Source: a virus (taxonomy: Duplodnaviria > Caudoviricetes). From it: a stretch of 64,000 bases of DNA. Shown piece after piece: positions 1 to 10,442 of this stretch. The translations under genes and the position numbers were made by a program. The stretch covers positions 33,477 through 97,476 of the IMG/VR virus record IMGVR_UViG_2603880160_000004, one strand, 5' to 3'. The notes beneath the pieces were generated by a model. That model searched no databases, had not been told where the DNA came from, and saw only the letters and a list, made by a program, of their open reading frames with translations. Numbering within the stretch: the stretch's first letter is position 1; each line of letters begins with the position of its first letter.

Positions 1-2
1 TT

Positions 3-278
3 AGTGATAGGAAAAGAAAATCGGGTAATTCCGACATTTACGGAAACTATTGTTTTTGGAGGAACACAATAACATTGTATCTACCCAATAATACCACCAT
101 ACATGACATCGTGGCAACCATGATACACGAATATACGCATTATTTACAATCTCGTACAAAATATAGGAATTACGAAAAAACTCATTACTATTCTCAAAAT
201 CCATTGGAGAAAGAAGCTAAACGTAATGAGGAAAAATATACCAATATGTGTTTAAGACACATTAAAAAGAATATGTAA
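3..278 (+). CDS. HExxH metallopeptidase-like protein, 5' partial
   Basis: Frame is open from the window start; TMIHEYTHYLQ and a later NPLEKEA glutamate. Confidence 0.55.
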   Translation, partial: SDRKRKSGNSDIYGNYCFWRNTITLYLPNNTTIHDIVATMIHEYTHYLQSRTKYRNYEKTHYYSQNPLEKEAKRNEEKYTNMCLRHIKKNM

Positions 279-488
279 TTAAATTATATCTTTCACAATT
301 TCAGCTTCAGGAATTTCTATTAAAAAAAGAAGAGTATCATCATTATTAATTCTACTTTTAACAACAATATCACATCTCCAATGTTCCTTCAAATCATTGA
401 CAGAACCTTCCACAATACGTTCTTGTTTTAACTTTTTATAGATATAATAAAGTTTGTTTTGGTAATTTACTAATTCTTTGTTCAACAT
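279..488 (-). CDS. hypothetical protein
   Basis: 69-aa ORF abutting the endonuclease gene. Confidence 0.6.
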   Translation of the reverse strand: MLNKELVNYQNKLYYIYKKLKQERIVEGSVNDLKEHWRCDIVVKSRINNDDTLLFLIEIPEAEIVKDII

Positions 489-1147
489 TACTTAAATTTT
501 AATCCTGTTAGTTTTTCAATATCAATTAAATCTACTTTATTATTATAAATTCCGTCTGGTTTAGATTCATCATTATCGAATAAAAATGCCATCCATTCTT
601 TTGATTTTTTATAATAAACTACCTTCCAACATTGTTTTGGAACCGATACTCTACCTATTCTTTTTATTTCACCTATGTTACCAGCCCAAATATGAATTGA
701 ATCGTCTTTAACCGCCCATTCTCTAGTCATTGTTTCTAAAGATTTCCAGTCACCGGCATTTAATCTATGTGTTTGTGCTGCCATATTACTAAAATAGAAA
801 CATTCATCTTGTACTGATTGTGTTTGACATTGATTTGATTTTGCTGGCATTAAATGACCTCTATCGTATCCACTATTAACATAATCTTTAGTCAAATCGG
901 TTTCAATCGGTAACAATGGATCAGGTTTAAAATTGTCTTTTCTTGGTAGTGGGGTTGGACAACCTATTTTTGCCCTCGTCTCCCACCATTCCACCATCAC
1001 GGGATATTTCTTTGATTTTGAATAATGTGATGTGTAATTTGTATGTTTCAAAACCACCACATCTTGTGCAAATGTAAAAACTGTAATGAATATTAACATC
1101 GTCGTCATTAACATCACCCCAACATAAGTACCTAATTTTTGTCTCAT
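488..1147 (-). CDS. DNA/RNA non-specific endonuclease (NucA/EndoG family) with signal peptide
   Basis: SGYDRGHLMPA, FSNMAAQ..LN.G.W, VPKQCWKVV; hydrophobic N-terminus. Confidence 0.9.
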   Translation of the reverse strand: MRQKLGTYVGVMLMTTMLIFITVFTFAQDVVVLKHTNYTSHYSKSKKYPVMVEWWETRAKIGCPTPLPRKDNFKPDPLLPIETDLTKDYVNSGYDRGHLMPAKSNQCQTQSVQDECFYFSNMAAQTHRLNAGDWKSLETMTREWAVKDDSIHIWAGNIGEIKRIGRVSVPKQCWKVVYYKKSKEWMAFLFDNDESKPDGIYNNKVDLIDIEKLTGLKFK

Positions 1148-1695
1148 AAATTCTTTTCTATTAAATACCTATAAATCTCCAAAGGAGTGTCGTTATGAAC
1201 AGAAAATTCACTATAAGGTATATTATTAACATCCAATGTTTGTTTAATATCTTCGTCAATTTCCTGAGCCTCTTGTAGACCTTGTAATCTACCATTTGTA
1301 TCATATGTCTCATCATTTCTTTTTAATAATATGTTTATGTTGTCATATCTCTTAAATAATCCCCAAAGAAAATTACTTAAACCTGACATTGAGTAATGTG
1401 ATGCGGGATAACCCTCACCATATCTTTGTTCATAGAAACAACCCAAAACTATGGGTGAATCAACAATGATATAGTCAACCTTACCGTAAAGACGACTAAT
1501 ATTTCTATGTTGATTTGCGGTAATGAAGAACTGATCCTTCAATTGAGATACATTTCCCTCCCATGCTACTTCCTTTGGGAACTCATAAGTGTATTCAACA
1601 CTCATATGGTGTTTTTTCATCTCGGTAAATAAACCAGATGCTTGTGTGGATTTACCTATGCCAGGTCCACCAAAAAAGTTAATTATCTTACTCAT
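1144..1695 (-). CDS. P-loop nucleotide kinase/ATPase (NadR/AAA_28-like)
   Basis: GGPGIGKST Walker A; IIVDSP. Confidence 0.75.
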   Translation of the reverse strand: MSKIINFFGGPGIGKSTQASGLFTEMKKHHMSVEYTYEFPKEVAWEGNVSQLKDQFFITANQHRNISRLYGKVDYIIVDSPIVLGCFYEQRYGEGYPASHYSMSGLSNFLWGLFKRYDNINILLKRNDETYDTNGRLQGLQEAQEIDEDIKQTLDVNNIPYSEFSVHNDTPLEIYRYLIEKNL

Positions 1696-1925
1696 ATCTT
1701 ACCTAATATACATAAAAAAGGGGAGTTTGTGAAATCTCCCGTATATTAATTTATATTAGTTTATTTTGTCCCCCGACAACAAAAATAAATAAGTTATATA
1801 TTGTAAAAACACCTAAAAATAGGGTGTCTATTTGTCAGGTAAAAATTAATTTGGGTTTTAAAGTAATCCAACTTAAATAAATTCAATTTTTTATTTTAAA
1901 ATATACTATTTATAGAATTATTACT

Positions 1926-2552
1926 ATGGAACAACACACAATAGAGTTAATTGGTATGGTTTTAGTTGCTGTTATTACAGCATTAGTTGGTCCAGCAGGA
2001 CTTGAGTATGTAAAAGCTAAACTATCTAAACCAGTCTCAAAAGACATCGTCAAAGATGACATTGAAAGAAATTTGGTTATTTTTGATGAAATATCGGAAA
2101 TTAGAGATATGTTAGATGCGGATAGAATTTGGATATCTCAATTCCACAATGGTGGTCATTTTCTTCACACTAATAAATCAATTCAAAAGTTTTCAATAAC
2201 ATATGAAGACGTTAAAGTTGGTGTTAGTAGTATTATTCATTTATTCACTGACATTCCACTATCGTTATATTCAAGATCAATGAACTACATTATGGAAAAT
2301 AAACATTTGTGGATTTCCGATTTTAAAGATGACACCATTGCAACTTATGGATTAAAGTCAGCAGCAGAAGCGACGGGAACTAACGCATCATATGTAATTG
2401 GGTTATTTGACATTGTGACGGATAAATGTATTGGAACAATGGGAATTGATTATAGAACTAAAAAGAAACTAACACAAACACAAAAAGATTTTTTAATAGA
2501 GAGAGGTAGTCGTTTAGCTGGATATTTATCAGTATACCTTAAATCAAAATAA
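1926..2552 (+). CDS. membrane-anchored GAF-like protein, holin candidate
   Basis: One N-terminal TM helix then ADRIWISQFHNGG...IGTMGIDY; architecture like T4 holin T; endolysin nearby. Confidence 0.5.
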   Translation: MEQHTIELIGMVLVAVITALVGPAGLEYVKAKLSKPVSKDIVKDDIERNLVIFDEISEIRDMLDADRIWISQFHNGGHFLHTNKSIQKFSITYEDVKVGVSSIIHLFTDIPLSLYSRSMNYIMENKHLWISDFKDDTIATYGLKSAAEATGTNASYVIGLFDIVTDKCIGTMGIDYRTKKKLTQTQKDFLIERGSRLAGYLSVYLKSK

Positions 2553-2558
2553 TACATT

Positions 2559-2921
2559 ATGAAAAAATATATATTCACAGAAAGTCAAATTAAGAAGATT
2601 ATTGACAATCAAATCACAGAAAATAAAGATTTACAAGAACAAACGATGGTTGATGATCAGAAAGCCGCAATAAATGCTGGAACTAAGGCTTTTTTAGACG
2701 CAAAAAAGATAATGGGTGTCGATTTAACAGATAGAATTGTTAAATATCAAAAATCAATTGGTTGTGAACCTACGGGACATATGATGGATTGTCAAGGTAA
2801 ATTACCTGAAAATGATAAGAAGTTATGGCAATCATTAGTGAATAAAAATAAACCTCTTTTAGATAAGGCGTTAGATTGGTTCAATCGTATGTTAGGATTA
2901 GGTACTGGAAGTGGTTATTAA
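2559..2921 (+). CDS. putative virion-internal protein (IFTESQ tag)
   Basis: MKKYIFTESQIKKII N-terminus. Confidence 0.6.
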   Translation: MKKYIFTESQIKKIIDNQITENKDLQEQTMVDDQKAAINAGTKAFLDAKKIMGVDLTDRIVKYQKSIGCEPTGHMMDCQGKLPENDKKLWQSLVNKNKPLLDKALDWFNRMLGLGTGSGY

Positions 2922-3020
2922 AATATAATTTAATATGAGTTATACCCAAATATTTTTTATGATATTTGGGTTTTTCTTTTAATATACATTACCTTTGTGT
3001 CTTAATCAAAAAATAGATTT

Positions 3021-3374
3021 ATGTCTGAAGAGAAAAATGATAAGAGATGTTCGGGGTGTAAAACACCTAAACCACTTGATAATTTTTACAAGAACAAATT
3101 GGTATTGGACGGTCATAGTAACTACTGTATTGACTGTACTCGAGAAAATTCTAAAAAGTATTTCCAAAGGAAGAAATTGAAAATCTCTAAAATTGAAAAC
3201 GATACCCTATTAAAAATGGCATTTTTGAATAGTGATACTGTGGGTAATGTATCGGTAAATGCTGAAAATCTAATGAAAATCATGATGATTGAAAAGATGA
3301 TTGGTTCAATTACTACCGAATTGAGTAATCTAAAGAATAATGTAATAAAATCAGAAAATATCATATCTCAATAA
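3021..3374 (+). CDS. zinc-binding protein (CxxC..CxxC, HNH-associated type)
   Basis: KRCSGCKTPKPLDNFY...DGHSNYCIDC; TACCTTTG promoter at 2990. Confidence 0.6.
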   Translation: MSEEKNDKRCSGCKTPKPLDNFYKNKLVLDGHSNYCIDCTRENSKKYFQRKKLKISKIENDTLLKMAFLNSDTVGNVSVNAENLMKIMMIEKMIGSITTELSNLKNNVIKSENIISQ

Positions 3375-3402
3375 TTTTGATTTTTTTATATATTTATGTA
3401 GT

Positions 3403-5112
3403 ATGAATATTACCGATTTAGTGTACGACGTACTAGTTGAGGAAGTAAAAAATAAGAAACAATTTGCTTTCCTATTAAAAAAATGGTACGGAGATGAACC
3501 AACCCCTCAACAAATTAAAAGAGCGGAAGAAAATTTACAGTTATTTTTTGAAAAGCAAAAAGGATTGACATTAAACAATCCTGGTGTTCTTTCATTTCTA
3601 CATCGTTGGGATGGTGTACATGGTTTAGGTGTTAAGGTGCCAGATTTAGACAATAATGGGGTACAAAAACAAAATAACGGACAACCTATGTTCAAATTAG
3701 TTCCGTTTAATTTTGAAGATGTTAAAGACCCTGGTCGTTATACTTTAGAACAATTTGAAGATTTACTTGATGAATTTAGAGATGCAACTTTAAATGGTAA
3801 TGATGAAGAAGAAGAATTTAAAGGTAAATTAGATTCTACTCCTGAGAAAGTTAAGGCATCAAATAAATTATGGTTAAGTGAACGTAATAGTGTGGTCAAT
3901 GAGGAAGGATTTAAAGTACATTATGTTTCTGACGCTAGAGAAGCGATTAAATACGGATTTTATCAACAACAGTTAACAAAAAAATTTGGTGGTGCACAGT
4001 GGTGTGTAACGGGTAGAAATACTTCAGATTCTCGTGGTAATTTATGGGGTTCATATAGACCAAAAAGAACGTTTTGGTTTGTTATAGATGAATCTAAAAA
4101 TCCGACAGAAGTAACTGACTCAAATGTTTATAGATATTATTTATGTGCATTACAATATTGTGAAAATGATACGGATCATAGAGGTAACAGGTACACCGGT
4201 TTTAAAATGACAAGTATGTTAAATGATGGTGATAATCCTAAAACATGGGAAGAAGTTGTTCAAATTTACCCACAACTTGCTGAACATAGAAATTTATTCA
4301 AATATGTAAAATACGATGAGAATGAGTTATTTGATAAGGATGAAGTTAATAGGATTAATGAAACACCAGGAAATAAATTAGAATTTGCAATGGTTAGAAG
4401 AAATTTAAAAAAAGCTTACATCGATAGAGGTGGAGTTATTTCAACCGCAAAATCTTGGCAACGAATGGATACCAATCTCAGAACGTTATATATTATTTCG
4501 ACAAACGCAAGAAATGTGATTGACAAATATCAATCATATGAGTTGATGAGTGAAATTAGAAAAGTTGGTAATGAATTTAAGTTGTTAGATAACACACTTA
4601 GGTCTTTAGGTTTAAGATTAGATGAAAGAGGTGCTGTGGTTAACCAAAAATTGGGGGATGTTGGTGTTGGGTTTATCTATGAACATTTAATGTCGAATGA
4701 GTTTATTGTTGCTAGAGTTAGTATAGATAATAAAAACTTAGTTTTATATGAAAGTAAAAAAACGAAAAAATTTGGTTTATATTATAACGACAAAGCATCG
4801 TGGGTTAAACAAGATGGTGTAGTTTTTGAACCTAATTATGCCCAAATGGGAACCGATTTATATAATGACAATGAAGGTAAAACTTACATTGTTGAGACAT
4901 ACACAACAGGTGGTGAACCAGATAATACAAGTTTATATTGTGTATTCCCAATTGAAGAAAACGATAATGCAAGTGGTCACTTTGTTACTGCACAAAAATT
5001 TGAAATGTTAAAAACTAAAATACAACCTAAGGATGAAAATGATGATGACGATAGTGTAAAAATTAGTGATTTTAATCCTGAAACGGATGTTGATATTAAA
5101 GAAATGAATTAA
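3403..5112 (+). CDS. large hypothetical protein with WCxT domain
   Basis: 569 aa; QWCVTG..WGSY..FWFVID resembles a segment of 7900..9750; TATTTAT upstream. Confidence 0.7.
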   Translation: MNITDLVYDVLVEEVKNKKQFAFLLKKWYGDEPTPQQIKRAEENLQLFFEKQKGLTLNNPGVLSFLHRWDGVHGLGVKVPDLDNNGVQKQNNGQPMFKLVPFNFEDVKDPGRYTLEQFEDLLDEFRDATLNGNDEEEEFKGKLDSTPEKVKASNKLWLSERNSVVNEEGFKVHYVSDAREAIKYGFYQQQLTKKFGGAQWCVTGRNTSDSRGNLWGSYRPKRTFWFVIDESKNPTEVTDSNVYRYYLCALQYCENDTDHRGNRYTGFKMTSMLNDGDNPKTWEEVVQIYPQLAEHRNLFKYVKYDENELFDKDEVNRINETPGNKLEFAMVRRNLKKAYIDRGGVISTAKSWQRMDTNLRTLYIISTNARNVIDKYQSYELMSEIRKVGNEFKLLDNTLRSLGLRLDERGAVVNQKLGDVGVGFIYEHLMSNEFIVARVSIDNKNLVLYESKKTKKFGLYYNDKASWVKQDGVVFEPNYAQMGTDLYNDNEGKTYIVETYTTGGEPDNTSLYCVFPIEENDNASGHFVTAQKFEMLKTKIQPKDENDDDDSVKISDFNPETDVDIKEMN

Positions 5113-5115
5113 ATG

Positions 5116-5144
5116 AAAAAGGGACTATAAAGTCCCTTTTTTTA
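5116..5144. terminator. bidirectional intrinsic terminator
   Basis: AAAAAGGGACT-ATAA-AGTCCCTTTTTTT between convergent genes. Confidence 0.85.
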
Positions 5145-5984
5145 TGATAGTAACGAATAGTATTCTTTAAAGTGTTTAATACGATCTGCAAGACCTATTG
5201 TTCCACCGTTTACTCTTTTAGTTATGGATGTTACAACTGCGTCAGTTGCTCCACCATCTGCCATCTTATGTAATCCGTTCTTATTAAAGAACCAAGCGGC
5301 AGATAATAACGCATAATCTGATGCTACTTTATCAGGGTTGGCTGTCATATCCTCATTAATTGATTTACCAAACGCAGTGTAGTTATCTTTTCCTGTTAAT
5401 TGAATGTAACCACGACCACAGAATTTAGATCCTTCACCGCTTGATTCAGGACCATTACCCATTCTTCCACCATAAACCTTATTTGCAATTTTAACTGGTT
5501 GTCTTTCGTATGGTTTTGCTGCCACCTCTGTGGGGAAATATTTCTTAAAGGTACCATTTAAACCCTTAGCTGAATAGTTTAAATTTTCCTTTGTAAGTCT
5601 AAAACCTCCAGATTCATGACCACATTGAGCCAAGAAATGAGCTAAACGTAATGGTGTATCTATTTGAAATTTAGCTGCAGTATCAGGTATTTGAGCGATT
5701 ACCACATCAGGTATGTGACCTTTTAATCTCTCTAATTTTAACCCCCCAACACTTTTAACGGGTGCAGGTTCGGTAATTACAGTAGGAGAGCTAACAGTCC
5801 CTTCGGTAAACATTTTAGACCATGTTCCGTCACCTACCACACCATCGGCGGTCAACCCATTAGAAGATTGCCAAGATTTAACTGCAGCTTCAGTTTTTGG
5901 TCCAAATTTTCCTATTGGGTCTACCCCTAATTTAACTTGGAGTTTTTTAACGTCTTCTCCTTCAGATCCTAATTTTAATAACAT
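5142..5984 (-). CDS. endolysin: peptidoglycan-binding domain plus GH19 catalytic domain
   Basis: N-terminal LKLGSEGEDVKKLQ..DGVVGDGTW; LAHFLAQCGHESG, GRGYIQLTG, ITKRVNGG. Confidence 0.92.
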   Translation of the reverse strand: MLLKLGSEGEDVKKLQVKLGVDPIGKFGPKTEAAVKSWQSSNGLTADGVVGDGTWSKMFTEGTVSSPTVITEPAPVKSVGGLKLERLKGHIPDVVIAQIPDTAAKFQIDTPLRLAHFLAQCGHESGGFRLTKENLNYSAKGLNGTFKKYFPTEVAAKPYERQPVKIANKVYGGRMGNGPESSGEGSKFCGRGYIQLTGKDNYTAFGKSINEDMTANPDKVASDYALLSAAWFFNKNGLHKMADGGATDAVVTSITKRVNGGTIGLADRIKHFKEYYSLLS

Positions 5985-6066
5985 ATTTTGTGTTTTATTA
6001 AATGTTTATTTATTTATAAATACCTCATATATTTTCTTAGGTATTTATATAAAAGGTATTTTTTCA

Positions 6067-7182
6067 ATGAAAAAGATTATACTATCCGAAAATCAAATAA
6101 AAAGAGTGGTTGATTCTATTATAAAAGAACAGGCTGGTGAAATTTCAGTTGGTACTGATGGGTCAAAAATAACCAATTCGTCACTATCGGGATTTGGATT
6201 ACCCAAAGCCTCGACTGATAATTTTTATTATTCATCAACAACAGCGGAAATTATTAAACAAAGTGGAGGACCTGAGAATGGATTTCTTTCTATTTTTAAA
6301 CCAATAAGTGATTCAAAAACATACGTTGACTACTTAAAAATTGGTGATAATGTCTTATCAGGACAAGGTTCCCAAGTTGTAGATTTTAACACAAATCAAC
6401 AGGTTATTGCGTCACATAACGGTTTGCTGCTAATTGTAAGGGCAATGAGACAATTTAAAGGTAGACCTTTTGTTACGACGTTGAGTTTTGGTAAATCAAA
6501 AACAACGACTGACCAAGGAAGATTGGAGAGGGAAACAAAAGTTACTGAGATTGATTGGGCAAATGCATTAAGACCACCGTTAGGTGTAATGGATTTACTT
6601 TGGTTGGGTTTATCTGTTGTTGATTCTAAAACCTCAAGACCTGATTATAAAGTCATTATTGACAGAGCTAATCAAGGGGGTGTTAATTTATTTAATAAAA
6701 CCTACCCAACGTATTTGTGTGGTTTGAACGTTGGTGGATTTGCCGACCCAACAAAAAAAGATGAGATTTTAAACGTCCTACCAAAAAAAGGGTTTATATT
6801 AGATTTTCAATATGATTTATCAAAAATGTATAACGCATTTAATTCATTAAAAAGTATGGAAGATTATGATGAAGATGGTAACGTTAACAAACAAAAACTT
6901 AATAAGGTAGATGAAATGTGGAACACATACTCCGGACCACTATTTGATTACATTTTACCAATTTACAAGAGAAATCTATTGGTATATGTTAAACATTATT
7001 TACCAAATTCATACGTCCAATATGAAAAACAAATAAATTCAATTGTGTATAACAATAAATTTAATGCATCCCAATGGTATGGTAAACTCGTTCAAAAAAC
7101 GGGTAACATTACAAAATCATACGGAACAACAACTAACGCATCGGTAAATCAACAAACGGTACAAAATAGAACAGGTAATTAA
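6067..7182 (+). CDS. putative virion-internal protein (ILSENQ tag)
   Basis: MKKIILSENQIKRVV; TATTTATA upstream. Confidence 0.65.
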   Translation: MKKIILSENQIKRVVDSIIKEQAGEISVGTDGSKITNSSLSGFGLPKASTDNFYYSSTTAEIIKQSGGPENGFLSIFKPISDSKTYVDYLKIGDNVLSGQGSQVVDFNTNQQVIASHNGLLLIVRAMRQFKGRPFVTTLSFGKSKTTTDQGRLERETKVTEIDWANALRPPLGVMDLLWLGLSVVDSKTSRPDYKVIIDRANQGGVNLFNKTYPTYLCGLNVGGFADPTKKDEILNVLPKKGFILDFQYDLSKMYNAFNSLKSMEDYDEDGNVNKQKLNKVDEMWNTYSGPLFDYILPIYKRNLLVYVKHYLPNSYVQYEKQINSIVYNNKFNASQWYGKLVQKTGNITKSYGTTTNASVNQQTVQNRTGN

Positions 7183-7418
7183 TTTTTAATTACTTTTGGT
7201 TTATTTCTATAATAAACGGTATCATAATGATATATTTTAACGGAAACCTTTTTTCCGTTTTTATATAACCATATTGGTTTACCCTCAACTTCCACCATTA
7301 CTGTATCAAATACCTTTGGTGAGGTCTGTATGATGTAATATTCAATTCTGGTTGTCGGTTCTTGTGTAAACAAACATAATGTAAATAACATAGTTAAAAT
7401 AATAATAATGTGTTTCAT
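7179..7418 (-). CDS. small protein with signal peptide
   Basis: MKHIIIILTMLFTLCLF hydrophobic leader. Confidence 0.55.
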   Translation of the reverse strand: MKHIIIILTMLFTLCLFTQEPTTRIEYYIIQTSPKVFDTVMVEVEGKPIWLYKNGKKVSVKIYHYDTVYYRNKPKVIKN

Positions 7419-7474
7419 ATAAATGATTTAGACACAAAATTATGTATTTTTAATGATATATCAAAAAAATTTTA

Positions 7475-7903
7475 TTATTTGTTGTGAGTTCCACACCAAG
7501 GACAAATTGGTAATGATTTCTTGTTTTTGTGTGTTGTTTGGGTGAATTTCTTTCTACAATTCTTACAAGTTAGGAATTTAGCGTCTTTATTTAAATCCTC
7601 AATACTTTTAACTTGTTTATCGGTAAGTGGTCTATATTCCTCAAGTCTGTCACTTTCTTTATATCTTAAAGGATTGGACGTTCTTTCCGGTTTACTAAAT
7701 AACCTTTTTTTTCTTGTAAATGCAAAACTTCTACTTCTTTCGTCAACCTCTTGTTCTTTATTTACGTGACCACATTTGTGACAAGTATACGGATCTTTTT
7801 CTCCGTCAGATAAATCCCATTCCCATCCACATTCTGAACAATGTATTTTTTTAAATGACTTCTTTAACTTTTCTAATTGACCTTCTGATATTAATATTCT
7901 CAT
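7475..7903 (-). CDS. zinc-ribbon protein with LISEGQ tag
   Basis: Four CxxC motifs; MRILISEGQL. Confidence 0.65.
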   Translation of the reverse strand: MRILISEGQLEKLKKSFKKIHCSECGWEWDLSDGEKDPYTCHKCGHVNKEQEVDERSRSFAFTRKKRLFSKPERTSNPLRYKESDRLEEYRPLTDKQVKSIEDLNKDAKFLTCKNCRKKFTQTTHKNKKSLPICPWCGTHNK

Positions 7904-9750
7904 TTTATAAAGGACATTAACTTTAATTTATTTTCATTCAAATTCAATTGATAGTTAGTTAAGTATGAAACTAAATTATCTATTTTAACTGATTTGTTAT
8001 AAAAATTTTGTTTATTATCTTTGTTCTCATAATCAATTTTAATCGATTCATTGTCACAATCAATTGACATAGATTTAATTCTCACAGTCACATGTTCATT
8101 ATCAAACCTATCTTTACCGTACCCACCATTAAAAAATTTATCGACAATGTCATTTAATTTTTTTCTAAGTTCAATACAATGACGACTCCTATTTGGGTCA
8201 GATATTATTTTCTCAAAATACTTTTTAGTTTCTCTTGTTATATAATTATTGTCACCATATTTTGGATACGTTATTTCAAAATTATAGACAGGTTCTTCTA
8301 TTTGTGTGGTTATATTATATTGACTTATATAGCTATCTAAAACATCTTGTAACGGCCATTCATCATCTCCAATAAATTTAATTTCATTTTTGATTAAAAA
8401 ACGAACTAAATGAACTACTGAAAAATTAAATTCATCATCACTACCGAAAGATAAATACTTTTCAATTGCGTCCGCTTCTCTATCATTTTCTTCTTCATAG
8501 CTCCTATAACTTAAATCGGTTACATCGTCAACAAAATAATCTTTCAAATCTTCGTTTGATGAATAATCAGGAAAATAATCCTTTGTGAATTCCTCAATAT
8601 TTTTAACCCCTAATTCATTTAATAATTCATATTTATTTTCATTATAATAATTTGTAAAAATCCCTTCAATATCTGAAGAATACTCTTCTTGTTCATAATA
8701 TTTATTTTCCAAATCACTATGTACCCATTCCCATCCATTACTTGCTTCACCTCTATATTGATTAATACTGTCGTTAACACCGGTAGCTTCACCAATACTA
8801 ACATCATCAACTTGTATTATTAACCTCCCTTGATACACATCCACAGAACCATTTCTAGTGTCATCATTAATTAAATCCTCCAACGCATCGTTATCCAAAT
8901 TTAAAATTGCTACCACTAATGGATTATCAATTGTACCTATTGATTTTTTAATTACATCCATCCCATCTTCATCTGGTAAAATGGATATTCTAGCAATTTC
9001 ACTTTTCACTTCTTGTTCTGATGTTTCTCTCACTAACGACGGAAAGAAATAATATTTAATCTCATCTTTACCAACCCAAAATTCAGTTGTGTTAATTCTC
9101 CTATCATCCTTATCCATATATTGATTTGTCTCAAAATGGAATTGGTATTTATCCAAAGGATTGTTTTTATTAATCATTATGAATAAAGGACCTTTAACGT
9201 GATGTGATTGGAAATAATTTCCTCTATCTCTATATTTTTTATTCAAACAATGTTGACCCCAAGTTGTGCACCATTCAGTATTAACACCTAAATAAGATGA
9301 CCCCTTTTCGGTCAATGGTTGGTAAAATGTCCAATCTTTACCGGTATGTAATAATTTATAGTCGGTACCTAAAACTAACGAATCCAATATTAATTTAAAA
9401 TCTAACGTATCCTCAATAATATATTGTTTAACAATATTGTATAAATCACCAAGTTGTCTTATTTTACCAATTTCCACCGGTATGTTATGTAAATAAACAT
9501 ATCCCAAATATTCTTTTGCTTTAACCAAATCTTCAATTTGTAATGTACCTTTTTGGTATAGTGATAATAATAATTTTGAGTATTTTCCTAAATTCAATAA
9601 ATTACCTACTCCATCTACATTTGACCTTGGGTCAGAAACAACGATATTAACAAAAGTTTCATATGGTATTTTAGAATAATACTTTTGGTGTATTTCCTGA
9701 CCACTTAACTCAAGTAGTAACTCTTCCAATAAAACATCTAAAATCTTCAT
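7900..9750 (-). CDS. large acidic hypothetical protein with WCTT domain
   Basis: MKILDVLLEE tag; TEWCTT..YFQSH..GPLFIMI..KYQFHF. Confidence 0.7.
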   Translation of the reverse strand: MKILDVLLEELLLELSGQEIHQKYYSKIPYETFVNIVVSDPRSNVDGVGNLLNLGKYSKLLLSLYQKGTLQIEDLVKAKEYLGYVYLHNIPVEIGKIRQLGDLYNIVKQYIIEDTLDFKLILDSLVLGTDYKLLHTGKDWTFYQPLTEKGSSYLGVNTEWCTTWGQHCLNKKYRDRGNYFQSHHVKGPLFIMINKNNPLDKYQFHFETNQYMDKDDRRINTTEFWVGKDEIKYYFFPSLVRETSEQEVKSEIARISILPDEDGMDVIKKSIGTIDNPLVVAILNLDNDALEDLINDDTRNGSVDVYQGRLIIQVDDVSIGEATGVNDSINQYRGEASNGWEWVHSDLENKYYEQEEYSSDIEGIFTNYYNENKYELLNELGVKNIEEFTKDYFPDYSSNEDLKDYFVDDVTDLSYRSYEEENDREADAIEKYLSFGSDDEFNFSVVHLVRFLIKNEIKFIGDDEWPLQDVLDSYISQYNITTQIEEPVYNFEITYPKYGDNNYITRETKKYFEKIISDPNRSRHCIELRKKLNDIVDKFFNGGYGKDRFDNEHVTVRIKSMSIDCDNESIKIDYENKDNKQNFYNKSVKIDNLVSYLTNYQLNLNENKLKLMSFIK

Positions 9751-9830
9751 ATCTATATAAATATCTCTTTATGTATAATAAAAAACCCCTCATTTCTGAA
9801 GGGTTTATCTACGACTTTATAATAATATTG

Positions 9831-9995
9831 TTACAAGTATCTCTTGAACTCACTCTTTATCTTCTCCACCGTTTCGTTTACTTGAGGTAATTCCTCTTTT
9901 TTAGGTTCTACCACATTTTCCACTTGAACTGTCTTTTTGTTGTTTTCTACCAACATTTTAAGTTGTGATTCTGTGATTTTAAGTTTCTTAGTCAT
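9831..9995 (-). CDS. 54-aa protein with ITESQ tag (not in the ORF track)
   Basis: Hand translation MTKKLKITESQLKMLVEN...EFKRYL; TATTTATA upstream. Confidence 0.7.
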   Translation of the reverse strand: MTKKLKITESQLKMLVENNKKTVQVENVVEPKKEELPQVNETVEKIKSEFKRYL

Positions 9996-10052
9996 CGTTT
10001 TGTTTTTATATAAATACTTGAGTTTTAGGAATTGTTTAATTATATTACAAAT

Positions 10053-10439
10053 ATGGAAAAACCAATTGTAATTAACTCTCTCGAAACTGAGGGATGTTGT
10101 GTCCCAAAAGGTTGGGGTGATGAAATCATTATTGAAAATAATGAAATGTATTGTGGTAAACTCTTAAGATTTAAACAGGGAGCAAAATTTTCTATGCATT
10201 ATCATATGATTAAAGATGAAACTTGGTATGTAGATAAAGGTGAATTTATTTACAGATGGATAGATACAGAAACGGCAGAAACCATTGAACAACAATTAAA
10301 AGTTGGTGATACTGTAAGACAAAGACCCGGACAACCTCATCAGTTAGAAGCGTTAACTGACGGTGTAGTATTTGAAGTGTCTACAGAACATAAAGACACA
10401 GATTCATACAGAGTGTGGAAAGGTGATAGTCAAAAGTAA
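10053..10439 (+). CDS. cupin-domain sugar isomerase-like protein
   Basis: VPKGWG.E, SMHYH..KDETWYV, PGQPHQL, FEVST; start moved to MEKP. Confidence 0.8.
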   Translation: MEKPIVINSLETEGCCVPKGWGDEIIIENNEMYCGKLLRFKQGAKFSMHYHMIKDETWYVDKGEFIYRWIDTETAETIEQQLKVGDTVRQRPGQPHQLEALTDGVVFEVSTEHKDTDSYRVWKGDSQK

Positions 10440-10442
10440 AAT

